Shown here: one piece after another, positions 19,885 through 30,041 of the stretch
How positions within the stretch are numbered: position 1 is the first letter of the stretch
Layout of the letters: each line of letters opens with the position of its first letter
Source of the DNA: Nitrospirota bacterium
Lineage (GTDB): Bacteria > Nitrospirota > Nitrospiria > JACQBZ01
DNA length: 64,000 nt
Reading direction: 5' to 3'
Assembly (NCBI GenBank): GCA_016200255.1
Contig: JACQFA010000022.1
Coordinates: forward strand, 12,963-76,962
Notes under the pieces: generated by a model
Told to the model about the DNA's origin: nothing
Databases searched by the model: none
The model's input: only the letters and a program-made list of their open reading frames with translations
Translations under genes and position numbers: made by a program

Positions 19885-20977
19885 GGATGAGCTCCCGATA
19901 GACGAGATTGTGAATCAACGGACGGAACGTCCGGATCTTGATATTCCGGCTGGTGGGATGCACACGGTTGGTCAGCAACACGACGACCATATCCTGTTCC
20001 GGATCGATCCAGAGCGACGTGCCGGTATATCCCAGATGGCCGAAGGAACGCGGAGAGAACAAATGTCCGGAGGAGGAGGGATCGGACGGCGTGTCCCAGC
20101 CCAAAGCCCAGCTCGATCCGGGAGTCGTCTGGCGCGTTACGAACGCCTCGACGATCTTCGGGGAAATAAGCGTCTCACGCCCACGCAGCGATCCCAACAT
20201 TATCTGCGCGAACCGGTTCAGATCCATTGCCGTTCCGAACAAGCCGGCATGGCCGGCCACGCCGCCCATCACGTACGCATTGTCGTCATGCACTTGACCC
20301 GTCACAATTTTTTTCCGCCAATCGCTTTGTTCGGTGGAAGCGAACCGTCCGCGGCGTTTGAGTCCGGTCCGGATATAAAAGGTCTGTTTCATTTTCAGCG
20401 GGCGAAAGATCTCGGTCCGGCAGAAGCGGTCCAACGGAAATCCGACAACGCGCTCAATCAGCTCCCCCAGAAGGATAAACCCCAGATCGCTGTAGATACT
20501 CTTGGACCCGGGTGAATAGACCAAGCGGCTGCGGTGAATTCGATCCAGCACAAACTCCTTTGCGGCCGGACTCCCGATAAAACCAGGGCGTCGACGACCC
20601 ATGGCAGTCACCTTTTTGTAGAGCGGTTCCCAGGCACGCAGACCGGAGGAATGATTCAAGAGATGCCGGATCGTGATACGATCCTTCCCGCCGCCCGAGA
20701 ATTCCGGGATCCATCGGCTCACCGGATCGTCCAACTTGATCGCCGACCGATCGACCAGAATCATCACGGCCGTGGTAGTGGCGACCGGCTTTGTGAGCGA
20801 GGCGAGATCGAAGATCGTGGCACGGGTCATTTTAATCGTCCGGGGTTTAAGAGCCGCAAAACCGGCCGCTTCATGAAAACAAACCTCGCCGCGGCGGGAG
20901 ACGAGCAGAACCGCACCCGGAAAAACCCCGTCCTTCACGGCTTGATTGAGCGCGTTTAGGATCGCCCGAGAAGCCAT
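19871..20977 (-). CDS. Serine hydrolase, beta-lactamase/AmpC-like penicillin-binding protein family (AmpH/esterase-like)
   Basis: 368 aa; SxxK motif (ASLTKP), YxN (YSN), downstream HxG-type region. Confidence 0.8.
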   Translation of the reverse strand: MASRAILNALNQAVKDGVFPGAVLLVSRRGEVCFHEAAGFAALKPRTIKMTRATIFDLASLTKPVATTTAVMILVDRSAIKLDDPVSRWIPEFSGGGKDRITIRHLLNHSSGLRAWEPLYKKVTAMGRRRPGFIGSPAAKEFVLDRIHRSRLVYSPGSKSIYSDLGFILLGELIERVVGFPLDRFCRTEIFRPLKMKQTFYIRTGLKRRGRFASTEQSDWRKKIVTGQVHDDNAYVMGGVAGHAGLFGTAMDLNRFAQIMLGSLRGRETLISPKIVEAFVTRQTTPGSSWALGWDTPSDPSSSGHLFSPRSFGHLGYTGTSLWIDPEQDMVVVLLTNRVHPTSRNIKIRTFRPLIHNLVYRELIHDQA

Positions 20978-20979
20978 GG

Positions 20980-22386
20980 TCAGCCCGACAAAGCTTTTAA
21001 AAGTTTCCCGTGAATACCGTCGAATCCGCCGCTCGACATCACGCAGACCAGGTCGCCCGATTTCAGTTGAGGCGCGATCGTGCGGACGATCTCATCCGCC
21101 GTCGGAACGAACACGGCCTCTTTTCCAAGGGACAAAAGATCCTCCACCACCCGTTTGGGATCCAGACGCTGCTCGATCAAGAGTTTCTCCGGCGCAAAAA
21201 GATCGGCTATAATAATCCGATCGGCCGAGTCGAAGGCCCGGGAAAATTCCTTCTGAAATATATTCCTCCGGCTGGTCGCCGACCGCGGTTCAAACAGGGC
21301 CCAGATTCGACGTTTAGGATATTTCAACCGGAGTCCGGCCAGCGTTTCCCGGATTGCGGTCGGATGATGGGCGAAATCATCCATCACGATAACACCCTTC
21401 CTCTCGCCCACAATTTCCTGACGCCGCTTGACGCCTTGAAAGCTCTCGACCCCTTTTTTAATCGCGTCGAGAGACAAACCCAGTGTCGAGGCCAGACCGA
21501 TCACGCCGAGGGCATTCATCAGATTATGCCGACCGACCATCGGACTTCGGAACGGGCCCAGATCCCGCCGACCGTCTATGACATGAAAGGAGACGCCTTC
21601 GGAATCGAAACGCACCTGCTCAGCATGCCATTGGGCAGAGGAATCCAAACCATAGAAGGAAACCGGGCAGGACAGCTCGCGGATCACGTCTCTCACGTGC
21701 GGTTCGTCATCGGCCGCAAAAAGAATCCCGTCGGACGGAATCAAACGGACAAATTTTCGAAAGGCCTCCTTGATCTCATCAAGGCTGTTGTAGATATCAC
21801 CGTGATCGAACTCGATGGAGGTCAGGATCGCAGCGTGTGGACGGTAATGAAGAAATTTGGGGCCCTTGTCGAAGAAGGCCGTGTCGTATTCATCCCCTTC
21901 CACGACGAAATAACGGCCCGTCCCGGGGCGGCTGTTCGCATCGAAGTTTTTGACCCATCCGCCGATCAAAAAACCGGGATCAAGGCCAGCGCATTCCAGC
22001 ACCCATGCCGCGAGCGCCGAGGTGGTCGTCTTTCCATGCGTTCCGGCTACGACGATCGGGACGCGGTCCTTCAAGAAAAATTCGGCGAGGGCTTGTGGAA
22101 AGGAACGGTAAGGAATACCGCGCTCCAGAACGGCAAGAACTTCGGGATTGGTTTTTGAAACGGCATTGCCGATCACGACCAGGTCGGTATCGGGCTCGAT
22201 ATTCTCGGGACGAAATCCGACTCGATACGAAATTCCCTGCCGCTCCAGAATCGTGCTCATCGGGGGATAGACATTGGCATCCGAACCGGTTACGCGATAG
22301 CCGGCCGTCTTGAGCATCCCGGCCAGCGCGGCCATCCCGGTCCCGCAGATCGCGATGAGATGGATATGACGGACATTGGAAGCCAT
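20980..22386 (-). CDS. mpl: UDP-N-acetylmuramate:L-alanyl-gamma-D-glutamyl-meso-DAP ligase (murein peptide ligase)
   Basis: Start at internal ATG MASNVRHIHLIAICGTGMAALAGML; Mur ligase GTHGKTTT motif; adjacent to ldcA. Confidence 0.85.
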   Translation of the reverse strand: MASNVRHIHLIAICGTGMAALAGMLKTAGYRVTGSDANVYPPMSTILERQGISYRVGFRPENIEPDTDLVVIGNAVSKTNPEVLAVLERGIPYRSFPQALAEFFLKDRVPIVVAGTHGKTTTSALAAWVLECAGLDPGFLIGGWVKNFDANSRPGTGRYFVVEGDEYDTAFFDKGPKFLHYRPHAAILTSIEFDHGDIYNSLDEIKEAFRKFVRLIPSDGILFAADDEPHVRDVIRELSCPVSFYGLDSSAQWHAEQVRFDSEGVSFHVIDGRRDLGPFRSPMVGRHNLMNALGVIGLASTLGLSLDAIKKGVESFQGVKRRQEIVGERKGVIVMDDFAHHPTAIRETLAGLRLKYPKRRIWALFEPRSATSRRNIFQKEFSRAFDSADRIIIADLFAPEKLLIEQRLDPKRVVEDLLSLGKEAVFVPTADEIVRTIAPQLKSGDLVCVMSSGGFDGIHGKLLKALSG

Positions 22387-22460
22387 ATCGGTTTCGAGTC
22401 TAACATACCGCCACAAAGGGTGCAACCGGCGTTTCTTCTGTCGCGCTTGCTATCCATTCA

Positions 22461-22489
22461 TTGATTAAAATCCCTGGCATTGCTATCAT
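22461..22489 (+). promoter_or_regulatory. Possible sigma-70 promoter TTGATT-N17-TATCAT upstream of the acidic small ORF
   Basis: In the AT-rich patch; ATG at 22540. Confidence 0.3.
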
Positions 22490-22539
22490 ACAGCCGCTTG
22501 TTGATTAATAATTTCCGCGATCATACAAGACAGGATGCT

Positions 22540-22686
22540 ATGAACGACGGCAAGTACGAAAACGAGGATGAAGAAGACGATGACGAAGATGAAAAGTTGG
22601 ATGAGGAGAACGAAAAGGATGAAGACAACGAGGATGATGAAGAGGAAGACGACCTCATTCAGAGTCTAAGAGCGAACTGTTCATGA
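22540..22686 (+). CDS. Putative 48-aa extremely acidic peptide (about 70% Asp/Glu) encoded by an imperfect (GAN)n triplet repeat
   Basis: MNDGKYENEDEEDDDEDEKLDEENEKDEDNEDDEEEDDLIQSLRANCS; weak AGGA RBS; local GC about 40% versus about 62% in the flanks. It could be non-coding. Confidence 0.3.
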   Translation: MNDGKYENEDEEDDDEDEKLDEENEKDEDNEDDEEEDDLIQSLRANCS

Positions 22687-22709
22687 GGGGTTGATCCGCG
22701 GGAATCCAC

Positions 22710-22739
22710 TTGACAAGCGGAATCGTTATATTGTACGAT
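22710..22739 (+). promoter_or_regulatory. Candidate sigma-70 promoter for rplM-rpsI (TTGACA-N18-TACGAT)
   Basis: Perfect -35 TTGACA at 22710-22715; the -10 is weak/ambiguous (TACGAT at 22734-22739, or TATATT with too short a spacer). Confidence 0.35.
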
Positions 22740-22769
22740 GCCTTTCTTTTTGAGGAAGGACTTTACGTC

Positions 22770-23222
22770 ATGAGAACGATTTCGTCCAAAAAGAACGATT
22801 CGATCCGATCCTGGCACCTGGTGGATGCTCAAGGCAAGATACTGGGACGCCTTGCGTCCGCGGTGGCCACGATCCTTCGCGGAAAACACAAACCGACCTT
22901 CACGCCCCACGTGGACGGCGGCGATCACGTCGTGATCGTCAATGCCGCCGGGATCCAGCTCACGGGTGACAAATTGGTCCAGAAGTTCTACGCCAGCCAT
23001 TCGGATTATCCCGGCGGTTTCAAATCGACCACGGCCGGGAAAATGTTGAGCGAAAAGCCGGAGCGGATGGTCCGTTATGCAATTCAAGGGATGCTGCCCA
23101 AAACCAAACTGGGCCGCGCCATGATCAAGAAACTGAGAGTGTACGCCGGCCCCGAACATCCGCACGAGGCACAGCAGCTTCAACCTCTGGAGCTGCCCGG
23201 AACCGCAAGGAGAACCGAATGA
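22770..23222 (+). CDS. rplM: 50S ribosomal protein L13
   Basis: Start at [20 protein letters not shown] with GAGGAAGGA RBS; the remaining 20 aa of the track ORF are a 5' extension. Confidence 0.95.
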   Translation: MRTISSKKNDSIRSWHLVDAQGKILGRLASAVATILRGKHKPTFTPHVDGGDHVVIVNAAGIQLTGDKLVQKFYASHSDYPGGFKSTTAGKMLSEKPERMVRYAIQGMLPKTKLGRAMIKKLRVYAGPEHPHEAQQLQPLELPGTARRTE

Positions 23223-23614
23223 GCACGGCGACCGTCATAGCAGCAACCGGAAAACGAAAAAACGCCGTGGCCCGCATTCGATTAATACCGGGCTCGGGTC
23301 AGATCACGATCAACGAGCGGCCGTTTGAGACCTACTTCCCGCGGGAGATTCACCGGACACAGATCCTGCAGCCTTTCATGGCCACCGGCACGACGGGCAA
23401 GTTCAATATCTCGGTCAACGTGCATGGCGGCGGCGAAATGGGCCAGGCCGGCGCGGTTCGACACGGGATCGCAAAGGCGCTCTTGATTTCGGACACGGCC
23501 TTCCGCGAGAACTTGAGGAAGGAATCCCTTCTGACCCGCGACTCGCGTGTGAAGGAACGGAAAAAGTACGGACAGAAAGGCGCACGACGGCGGTTCCAGT
23601 TCTCAAAGCGGTAA
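23219..23614 (+). CDS. rpsI: 30S ribosomal protein S9
   Basis: 131 aa; C-terminal ...[11 protein letters not shown] typical of S9; 4-nt overlap with rplM. Confidence 0.95.
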   Translation: MSTATVIAATGKRKNAVARIRLIPGSGQITINERPFETYFPREIHRTQILQPFMATGTTGKFNISVNVHGGGEMGQAGAVRHGIAKALLISDTAFRENLRKESLLTRDSRVKERKKYGQKGARRRFQFSKR

Positions 23615-23634
23615 GGTTTACGACGCTGAACTTC

Positions 23635-23664
23635 AAAGGGGCCGCAAGGCCCCTTTTTTTATTT
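23635..23664 (+). terminator. Rho-independent terminator after rpsI
   Basis: AAAGGGGCC-GCAA-GGCCCCTTT stem-loop followed by TTTTTTTATTT. Confidence 0.8.
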
Positions 23665-23679
23665 CGGAGGAGGATCAAA

Positions 23680-24732
23680 ATGCTCAAGGTTGCCGTACTC
23701 GGAGCGAGCGGCTACACCGGCGGGGAATTGCTCCGGCTGCTCGGCCTTCATCCCAAAGTCAAACTGGTCGCGGCCACGTCGGAACAATCGGCAGGGGAAT
23801 CGGTCGACACGGCCTTCCCCAATCTTACAGGGCGGCTGTCGCTGACGCTTGAGCCGTTGAACCTGGATCGCTTGATCGACCGGGCCGATCTATTTTTTCT
23901 CGCGCTGCCGCACACGACCGCGATGCCGGTCGCGTCCCGGCTGATCGCAAAGAAAAAAAGGGTGATCGATCTCAGCGCCGATTTCCGGCTGAAAGATCCG
24001 AAAACCTACAAGACATGGTACAAGACCCCTCACCTCGATACGGCTTTGTTGTCCCGGGCCTGTTACGGCCTGCCGGAACTTCATCGGAGAGAGATCCAAT
24101 CGGCCCGACTGGTCGCCAATCCGGGCTGCTATCCGACCGGCGCGCTTCTCGGGCTTCTTCCGCTCTTCGCAAAATCGCGGGTTGACCACGACTCAATTAT
24201 CATCGATGCCAAATCGGGCGTTTCCGGCGCCGGACGGAGTCCGGCTCAGGCCACCCATTTTCCAGAGGCGAACGAAGCCGTCTCGGCCTACAACATCGGC
24301 CGTCACCGGCATCTCCCGGAGATCGAACAGGAGCTGTCCGGGCTTGCCGGGAAAAAAATCTCGGTCACCTTCTCCCCGCATCTCGTTCCGGTCAACCGCG
24401 GCATCCTGTCCACGGTCTACGTCCGGCCGAAAAAACCGATCGAGACGGCCGAGGCTGTGGAGCTCTTTCAGGACTATTATAAGGAAGAACCGTTTGTTCA
24501 TGTCCTGCCGCCGGGTGAGTTTCCCAACACGCGGAACGTGCAGGGTTCGAACGACTGCCATATCGGTCTGGTCGCGGATCGGCATGGCGACCGCAAGGCC
24601 GCGACTCTGGTGATCGTCACGGCGATCGACAACCTGGTCAAGGGAGCGGCCGGACAGGCGATACAGAATATGAATCTGATGATGGGTTATGATGAATCCT
24701 TGGGGCTGACGGCCCCGGGATTGTTTCCATAA
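23680..24732 (+). CDS. argC: N-acetyl-gamma-glutamyl-phosphate reductase
   Basis: 350 aa; GASGYTGGELLRLL N-terminus, active-site Cys region (ANPGCYPT). Confidence 0.95.
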   Translation: MLKVAVLGASGYTGGELLRLLGLHPKVKLVAATSEQSAGESVDTAFPNLTGRLSLTLEPLNLDRLIDRADLFFLALPHTTAMPVASRLIAKKKRVIDLSADFRLKDPKTYKTWYKTPHLDTALLSRACYGLPELHRREIQSARLVANPGCYPTGALLGLLPLFAKSRVDHDSIIIDAKSGVSGAGRSPAQATHFPEANEAVSAYNIGRHRHLPEIEQELSGLAGKKISVTFSPHLVPVNRGILSTVYVRPKKPIETAEAVELFQDYYKEEPFVHVLPPGEFPNTRNVQGSNDCHIGLVADRHGDRKAATLVIVTAIDNLVKGAAGQAIQNMNLMMGYDESLGLTAPGLFP

Positions 24733-24745
24733 GCGGGATTACACG

Positions 24746-25951
24746 ATGAAGACGATCAAAGGCGGAATCACGGCCGTGCCGGGATTTCTCGCGTCCGGAA
24801 TTTATTGCGGAATAAAAAAAATCAAGGGGCCCGATCTGGCTCTGATCGTCTCAAGTGACCCGTGCACAGCCGCCGGACTTTTCACGACGAACCGGGTCAC
24901 GGCGGCGCCGGTCCGTCTGACTCAAAACCACATCAAGTCCGGCCGGATGCAGGCCATCATCGCCAATTCCGGAAACGCGAATGCCTGCACCGGACCGCGC
25001 GGTGAGAGGGCCGCGCGGGAGATGGCCGAGCTGACGGCCCGACAGCTCGGCATCGCGACCGAGATGGTTGCGGTTGCCTCCACCGGTGTGATCGGAAAAC
25101 CGCTCTCCTTGAGGGCCATCCGAAACGGTATCCCGTCTTCGGTCAAAATTCTCCGTCGCGACGGGGGTCGAAACGCCGCACGGGCCATCATGACAACCGA
25201 TAAATTCATAAAAGAAGCGGCGGTGCGTCTGAAAATCGGGGGAAGGACGGTCACCGTGGGCGGAATCGCAAAAGGCTCCGGAATGATTCATCCGAATATG
25301 GCCACGATGCTGGCCTTCCTTGCAACAGATGTCAGGGTCAAACCCGCCCTCCTCCGGGCTATGTTGACGTCAGCCGTGAATCGATCCTTCAATATGATCA
25401 CGGTGGACGGCGAGACCAGCACCAATGACATGGTTCTCTGTCTGGCCAACGGACGGGCCGGCAACCCGGGGTTTAGGGAGTCTAAAATCAACCGGGCAAA
25501 ATTTCAGGCCGCGATGGACGCGGTTTGTCTCAAACTCGCCCGGATGGTCGTCGAGGATGGCGAAGGCGCGACCAAACAGACCGAGATCCGGGTCCGGGGT
25601 GCGGCCAACTTTCGGCAGGCCAAGACGATTGCCCTCCGGGTGGCGAATTCCAATCTGGTCAAAACGTCCTTCTTCGGTGCGGATGCCAACTGGGGACGAA
25701 TCATGGCCGCGATCGGGGCCGCGGGGGTGAAACTGAATCCGTACAGAATTGATCTGTCCTTCGATCATGTCCCCCTGGTAAAGAACGGCGTCGGTCTTGG
25801 AAAGGCTGCCGACCGGAGGGCCACCCGCGTTCTCAAACAACAATCCTTCAGCCTGACGATCGATCTCCATGGCGGAACCGCTTCGGCGACAGCCTGGACC
25901 TGCGACCTGACATACGACTATATCCGGATCAACGCGGCCTATCGATCGTAA
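24746..25951 (+). CDS. argJ: Bifunctional glutamate N-acetyltransferase / amino-acid N-acetyltransferase
   Basis: 401 aa; ATML autoprocessing site (NMATMLAFLATDV). Confidence 0.9.
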   Translation: MKTIKGGITAVPGFLASGIYCGIKKIKGPDLALIVSSDPCTAAGLFTTNRVTAAPVRLTQNHIKSGRMQAIIANSGNANACTGPRGERAAREMAELTARQLGIATEMVAVASTGVIGKPLSLRAIRNGIPSSVKILRRDGGRNAARAIMTTDKFIKEAAVRLKIGGRTVTVGGIAKGSGMIHPNMATMLAFLATDVRVKPALLRAMLTSAVNRSFNMITVDGETSTNDMVLCLANGRAGNPGFRESKINRAKFQAAMDAVCLKLARMVVEDGEGATKQTEIRVRGAANFRQAKTIALRVANSNLVKTSFFGADANWGRIMAAIGAAGVKLNPYRIDLSFDHVPLVKNGVGLGKAADRRATRVLKQQSFSLTIDLHGGTASATAWTCDLTYDYIRINAAYRS

Positions 25952-26142
25952 TCGCAATCTTTTCGCTTGCAAAAACAGTCCCCAATATGTTACTTTCCAA
26001 AGGCTTTGATGTAATTATCTCACACGCCTGACCGTTCCTCATAATGACATGAGGAATCGGCGTTCGAAGTGGTGTTTGCCCATTGCGGGTGGACGGTTCG
26101 AATGGACAAACAGGCGGAGGAAAAACCACACAGGAGGTTGTA

Positions 26143-26964
26143 ATGGCGGCGATCATGTTGAAAGAGCTTTTAGAGGCCGGAGTTCATTTCGGCCACCAAA
26201 CAAAACGTTGGAACCCGAAGATGAAGAAATTCATCTTTGGGGAGCGCAATGGCATCTATATCATCGACCTTCAAAAAACGGCGAAACGATTTCAGATCGC
26301 GTACGACTTCGTCAAACAGACCGTCGCGGACGGACGGTCCATCCTTTTCGTCGGCACGAAACGGCAGGCCCAGGACGTGGTTGAGGCCGAGGCCAAACGC
26401 TGTCAGATGTTTTACGTCCACCAGCGATGGCTGGGAGGCATGTTGACCAATTTTCAGACCATCCGGAAAAACATCGACCGGATGAAGAAACTCGAGACCG
26501 CTCGGACCGACGGCACCCACGACCGTCTTACTAAAAAAGAGGTCGCACAACTGGAAAAAGACCGATTGAAACTGGAAAAAAACCTGAGCGGGATCCGGGA
26601 TATGACGAGCCTCCCGGCCGCACTCTACATCGTGGACACCAAAAAGGAGCATATCGCGGTCCAGGAGGCAAGACGCCTTGAGATTCCTATCATCGCGATT
26701 CTGGACACTAACTGCCATCCGGCGGACGCCAACTTTATCATCCCGGGAAACGATGACGCTCTCCGTTCGATCAAACTCATCACGTCGCGGATCGCGGACG
26801 CCGCGATCGAAGGGCTTCAGCTCCGGACCCGGAAACAGCCGCATGCCGAAACACCGGCCTTCGCGACGGCCGCCGATGTCCAAACGACAGGGGCGGGCCT
26901 ATCGGAAGCGCCGATCGCAACCGCCGCGGGCGAGTCACCGCTGGAAGTCGCGGAGGGCGGATAA
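26143..26964 (+). CDS. rpsB: 30S ribosomal protein S2
   Basis: Start [27 protein letters not shown] with AGGAGG RBS; the track ORF's 20 upstream codons are rejected. Confidence 0.95.
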   Translation: MAAIMLKELLEAGVHFGHQTKRWNPKMKKFIFGERNGIYIIDLQKTAKRFQIAYDFVKQTVADGRSILFVGTKRQAQDVVEAEAKRCQMFYVHQRWLGGMLTNFQTIRKNIDRMKKLETARTDGTHDRLTKKEVAQLEKDRLKLEKNLSGIRDMTSLPAALYIVDTKKEHIAVQEARRLEIPIIAILDTNCHPADANFIIPGNDDALRSIKLITSRIADAAIEGLQLRTRKQPHAETPAFATAADVQTTGAGLSEAPIATAAGESPLEVAEGG

Positions 26965-27560
26965 TGGCCGTTGATGCGACATTGGTCAGGGATCTTCGAG
27001 AGAAAACCGGCGCCGGCATTCTGGACTGCCAAAAAGCGCTGACCCAGACGGGCGGTGATGTTACCAAGGCGATCGACTTTTTAAGACAAAAGGGCCTCGC
27101 GACGGCGGAGAAAAAAGCCGGCCGGACCACCAACGACGGCCTGGTCGTTTCCTATATCCATGCCGGAAACAGACTCGGCGTCCTCCTGGAGGTGAACTGC
27201 GAAACCGATTTCGTGGCCAAGACGGACGACTTCCAGGAACTGGCGAGAGATCTGGCCATGCATGTCGCGGCGGCCAACCCGCGGCACATCAAGCGGGAGG
27301 ACGTCCCGGCCGACATTTTGGACAAGGAAAAAGAGATTTTTCTCGCACAGGCCAAGGAGAGCGGAAAGCCGGCGGCCGTTCTTGACAAGATCGTTGCGGG
27401 GCGCCTGGAAAAATTTTATGCCGAGACCTGCCTGCTGGAACAGCCCTTCGTCAAGGATCCCGGCGTCACGATCAAAGACCTGCTCGGCCAGAAGATCGCC
27501 AAACTGGGCGAAAACATCTCCATCCGCCGATTTACAAGGTTTCGACTGGGTGAGGAATGA
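26964..27560 (+). CDS. tsf: Elongation factor Ts (short form)
   Basis: 198 aa; [16 protein letters not shown]; conserved rpsB-tsf-pyrH-frr order. Confidence 0.95.
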   Translation: MAVDATLVRDLREKTGAGILDCQKALTQTGGDVTKAIDFLRQKGLATAEKKAGRTTNDGLVVSYIHAGNRLGVLLEVNCETDFVAKTDDFQELARDLAMHVAAANPRHIKREDVPADILDKEKEIFLAQAKESGKPAAVLDKIVAGRLEKFYAETCLLEQPFVKDPGVTIKDLLGQKIAKLGENISIRRFTRFRLGEE

Positions 27561-28279
27561 CCGAACCGAAATACCAACGGGTCCTGCTTAAGATCAGCGG
27601 CGAGGTCCTAGCCGGGGATCAGGGTTACGGCATAGATCCGAAGGTGATCGATGCCGTCGCGATCGAGATCAAGGATATCCATGATCTCGGCGTGGAGGTG
27701 GCGATCGTCATCGGCGGCGGCAATATCTTCAGGGGACTGGCCGCCAGCGCGAACGGCATGGAACGATCCTCGGCCGACTACATGGGAATGCTGGCGACCG
27801 TGCTGAACGCCCTCGCGCTGCAGAATACGCTGGAACGCAAGGGGGTCTTCACCCGGGTCCAGTCGGCGATCGAGATGCGTCAGCTCGCCGAAAGCTACAT
27901 CCGACGGCGGGCGATCCGACATCTTGAAAAAAAGCGGGTGATCATCTTCGCCGGCGGAACCGGCAACCCCTATTTCTCGACCGATACGGCTGCGGCCCTC
28001 CGGGCCATGGAGATCGGCGCGCAGGTCATCCTGAAAGGCACCAAAGTGGACGGCATCTATGACGCCGATCAGATGAAGCATCCCAAGGCGAAACGGTACG
28101 ACGAACTGACCTTTTTTCAGGTGATCGAAAAAGATCTCCGCGTCATGGATTCGACGGCCGTTTCGCTCTGCATGGACCATAACCTCCCGCTCATCGTCTT
28201 CAATCTGAAGCAAACCGGAAATATCAAGCGGATCATTCTGGGGCAGAAAGTCGGTACGATTGTCCGGAAGGTCTCTTAA
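27557..28279 (+). CDS. pyrH: UMP kinase
   Basis: 240 aa; LLKISGE...[10 protein letters not shown]. Confidence 0.95.
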   Translation: MTEPKYQRVLLKISGEVLAGDQGYGIDPKVIDAVAIEIKDIHDLGVEVAIVIGGGNIFRGLAASANGMERSSADYMGMLATVLNALALQNTLERKGVFTRVQSAIEMRQLAESYIRRRAIRHLEKKRVIIFAGGTGNPYFSTDTAAALRAMEIGAQVILKGTKVDGIYDADQMKHPKAKRYDELTFFQVIEKDLRVMDSTAVSLCMDHNLPLIVFNLKQTGNIKRIILGQKVGTIVRKVS

Positions 28280-28299
28280 CAGGAGCGCCCGATTTTCAG

Positions 28300-28860
28300 A
28301 TGACGACCGGGATCAAGAAGACCGTAAAGGAAAAAATGGAGGGCGCCGTCGAATTTTTGCGCAAGGAACTGGGCGGCGTTCGGACCGGAAGGGCCTCGCT
28401 GGCGCTTCTCGACAATGTCAAAGTGGATTATTACGGCACCCCGACGCCGTTAAAACAGGTGGCCGCCCTCTCCGTCCCCGAGAACCGTCAGATTGCCGTT
28501 CAGCCGTGGGAACCGAACCTCGTCGCCGAAATCGAAAAAGCCATTCTCGCATCCGATCTGGGCCTCACCCCAAACAATGACGGCAAGGTGATCCGGATCA
28601 ACATCCCCCCCCTGACCGAGGAGCGACGGAAGGATCTGGTCAAGCATTGCAAGAAACTGGGGGAGGACACCAAGGTCGTCATCCGGAATATCCGCCGGGA
28701 CGGGAATGAAGAACTCAAAACCCGTCAGAAATCCGGCGCGCTCAACGAGGATGCCCTTCGAAAATCCCAGGACGAGATCCAGAAACTGACCGATGAATTC
28801 ATCAAAAAGACCGACGATGTCATCAAGCACAAGGAAAATGAGATCTTAGAAAAAACATAA
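28300..28860 (+). CDS. frr: Ribosome recycling factor
   Basis: 186 aa; typical RRF sequence. Confidence 0.95.
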   Translation: MTTGIKKTVKEKMEGAVEFLRKELGGVRTGRASLALLDNVKVDYYGTPTPLKQVAALSVPENRQIAVQPWEPNLVAEIEKAILASDLGLTPNNDGKVIRINIPPLTEERRKDLVKHCKKLGEDTKVVIRNIRRDGNEELKTRQKSGALNEDALRKSQDEIQKLTDEFIKKTDDVIKHKENEILEKT

Positions 28861-28904
28861 ATTACAGGAGTATCTTCCTGGAACAACACACCCTCACAGC
28901 GACC

Positions 28905-30041
28905 ATGACCCCACGGCATCCCACCATCGCCGAAATCGATCTCACCGCCTTCCGACACAATCTCCGTCTTGTCCGCCAACGCATCGGTCCCCGATGCGCC
29001 CTTTTGGCCGTCGTGAAGGCCAACGCCTACGGACACGGGATGATCCCGATCTCGAAGGCCGCCCTGTCCGAGACGGTTCAGGGACTGGGCGTCGCGTTTG
29101 TCGAGGAGGGACTTCAACTCCGACGCGCCGGGGTCACCCAACCGATCCTGGTCATGGCCGGTTTTCTCCCGGAGGAGACCGAAGCGCTACTGGAATACGG
29201 ACTCACGCCGGTGATTTCTCATCCGGATCAACTGGACTGGTTGAGACAAAAAACCGAAATAACCACCCGTCCGGTTGGAATTCACGTTAAAATCGATACC
29301 GGGATGGGCCGATTGGGGCTTTTGGAGAAAGAGATCGCCCCGTTTATTGAAAGGGCGCGCGCATCCAAAAGAATCGAGATCCTCGGGTTGATGTCCCATT
29401 TCGCCGATGATGATCTGACCGATCGTCCATCCGTCGAGGATCAGCTCGCCCGTTTCGAGAACGCACGGAAAGTGATCGAAGCGATGGAGATCAAGATCCC
29501 ATTGCTTCACATGGCCAACAGCGCCGCGATCCTGGGTCTAGAGCGCGCCTGGTTCGACATGGTGCGGCCCGGCATCATGCTGTACGGTTATCCCCCCTCG
29601 TCTCAAAGCTCCGCCGCGATCTCGCTCAGGCCGGTCATGACACTCAAAACACGAATCATTCATCTGAAACGGGTCCCGGCCGGAACCTCGATCAGTTACG
29701 GGCGGACCTTTACCACGCGGCGGGAGAGCCTGATCGCCGTCCTGCCGATCGGGTATGCCGACGGCTACAGCCGCGCCTGGTCGAATCGCGGACAGGTCTT
29801 GATCGGCGGACGCCGCGCGCCGGTGGTCGGCCGGGTCTGCATGGACATGACCATGGTGGATGTAACGGACATCCCGACCGTCCGACTCAACGATGAAGCC
29901 GTCCTGATCGGATCACAGGGTCCGGAAACCCTGTCGGCCGATGAACTGGCCCGGCAGTTGGGCACGATTCCCTACGAGATTCTCTGCGCCGTCAGCCATC
30001 GTGTGCCCCGGCTGTATCGCGAAGGAGCCGTTCCATCATGA
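28905..30041 (+). CDS. alr: Alanine racemase
   Basis: 378 aa; PLP-lysine motif AVVKANAYGHG. Confidence 0.9.
   Translation: MTPRHPTIAEIDLTAFRHNLRLVRQRIGPRCALLAVVKANAYGHGMIPISKAALSETVQGLGVAFVEEGLQLRRAGVTQPILVMAGFLPEETEALLEYGLTPVISHPDQLDWLRQKTEITTRPVGIHVKIDTGMGRLGLLEKEIAPFIERARASKRIEILGLMSHFADDDLTDRPSVEDQLARFENARKVIEAMEIKIPLLHMANSAAILGLERAWFDMVRPGIMLYGYPPSSQSSAAISLRPVMTLKTRIIHLKRVPAGTSISYGRTFTTRRESLIAVLPIGYADGYSRAWSNRGQVLIGGRRAPVVGRVCMDMTMVDVTDIPTVRLNDEAVLIGSQGPETLSADELARQLGTIPYEILCAVSHRVPRLYREGAVPS

Noticed and set aside
25960-26010. Possible sigma-70 promoter for rpsB (TTGCAA ... TTACTT)
   Set aside because: The -10 is a poor match and the spacing is ambiguous, so I cannot support it from sequence alone.
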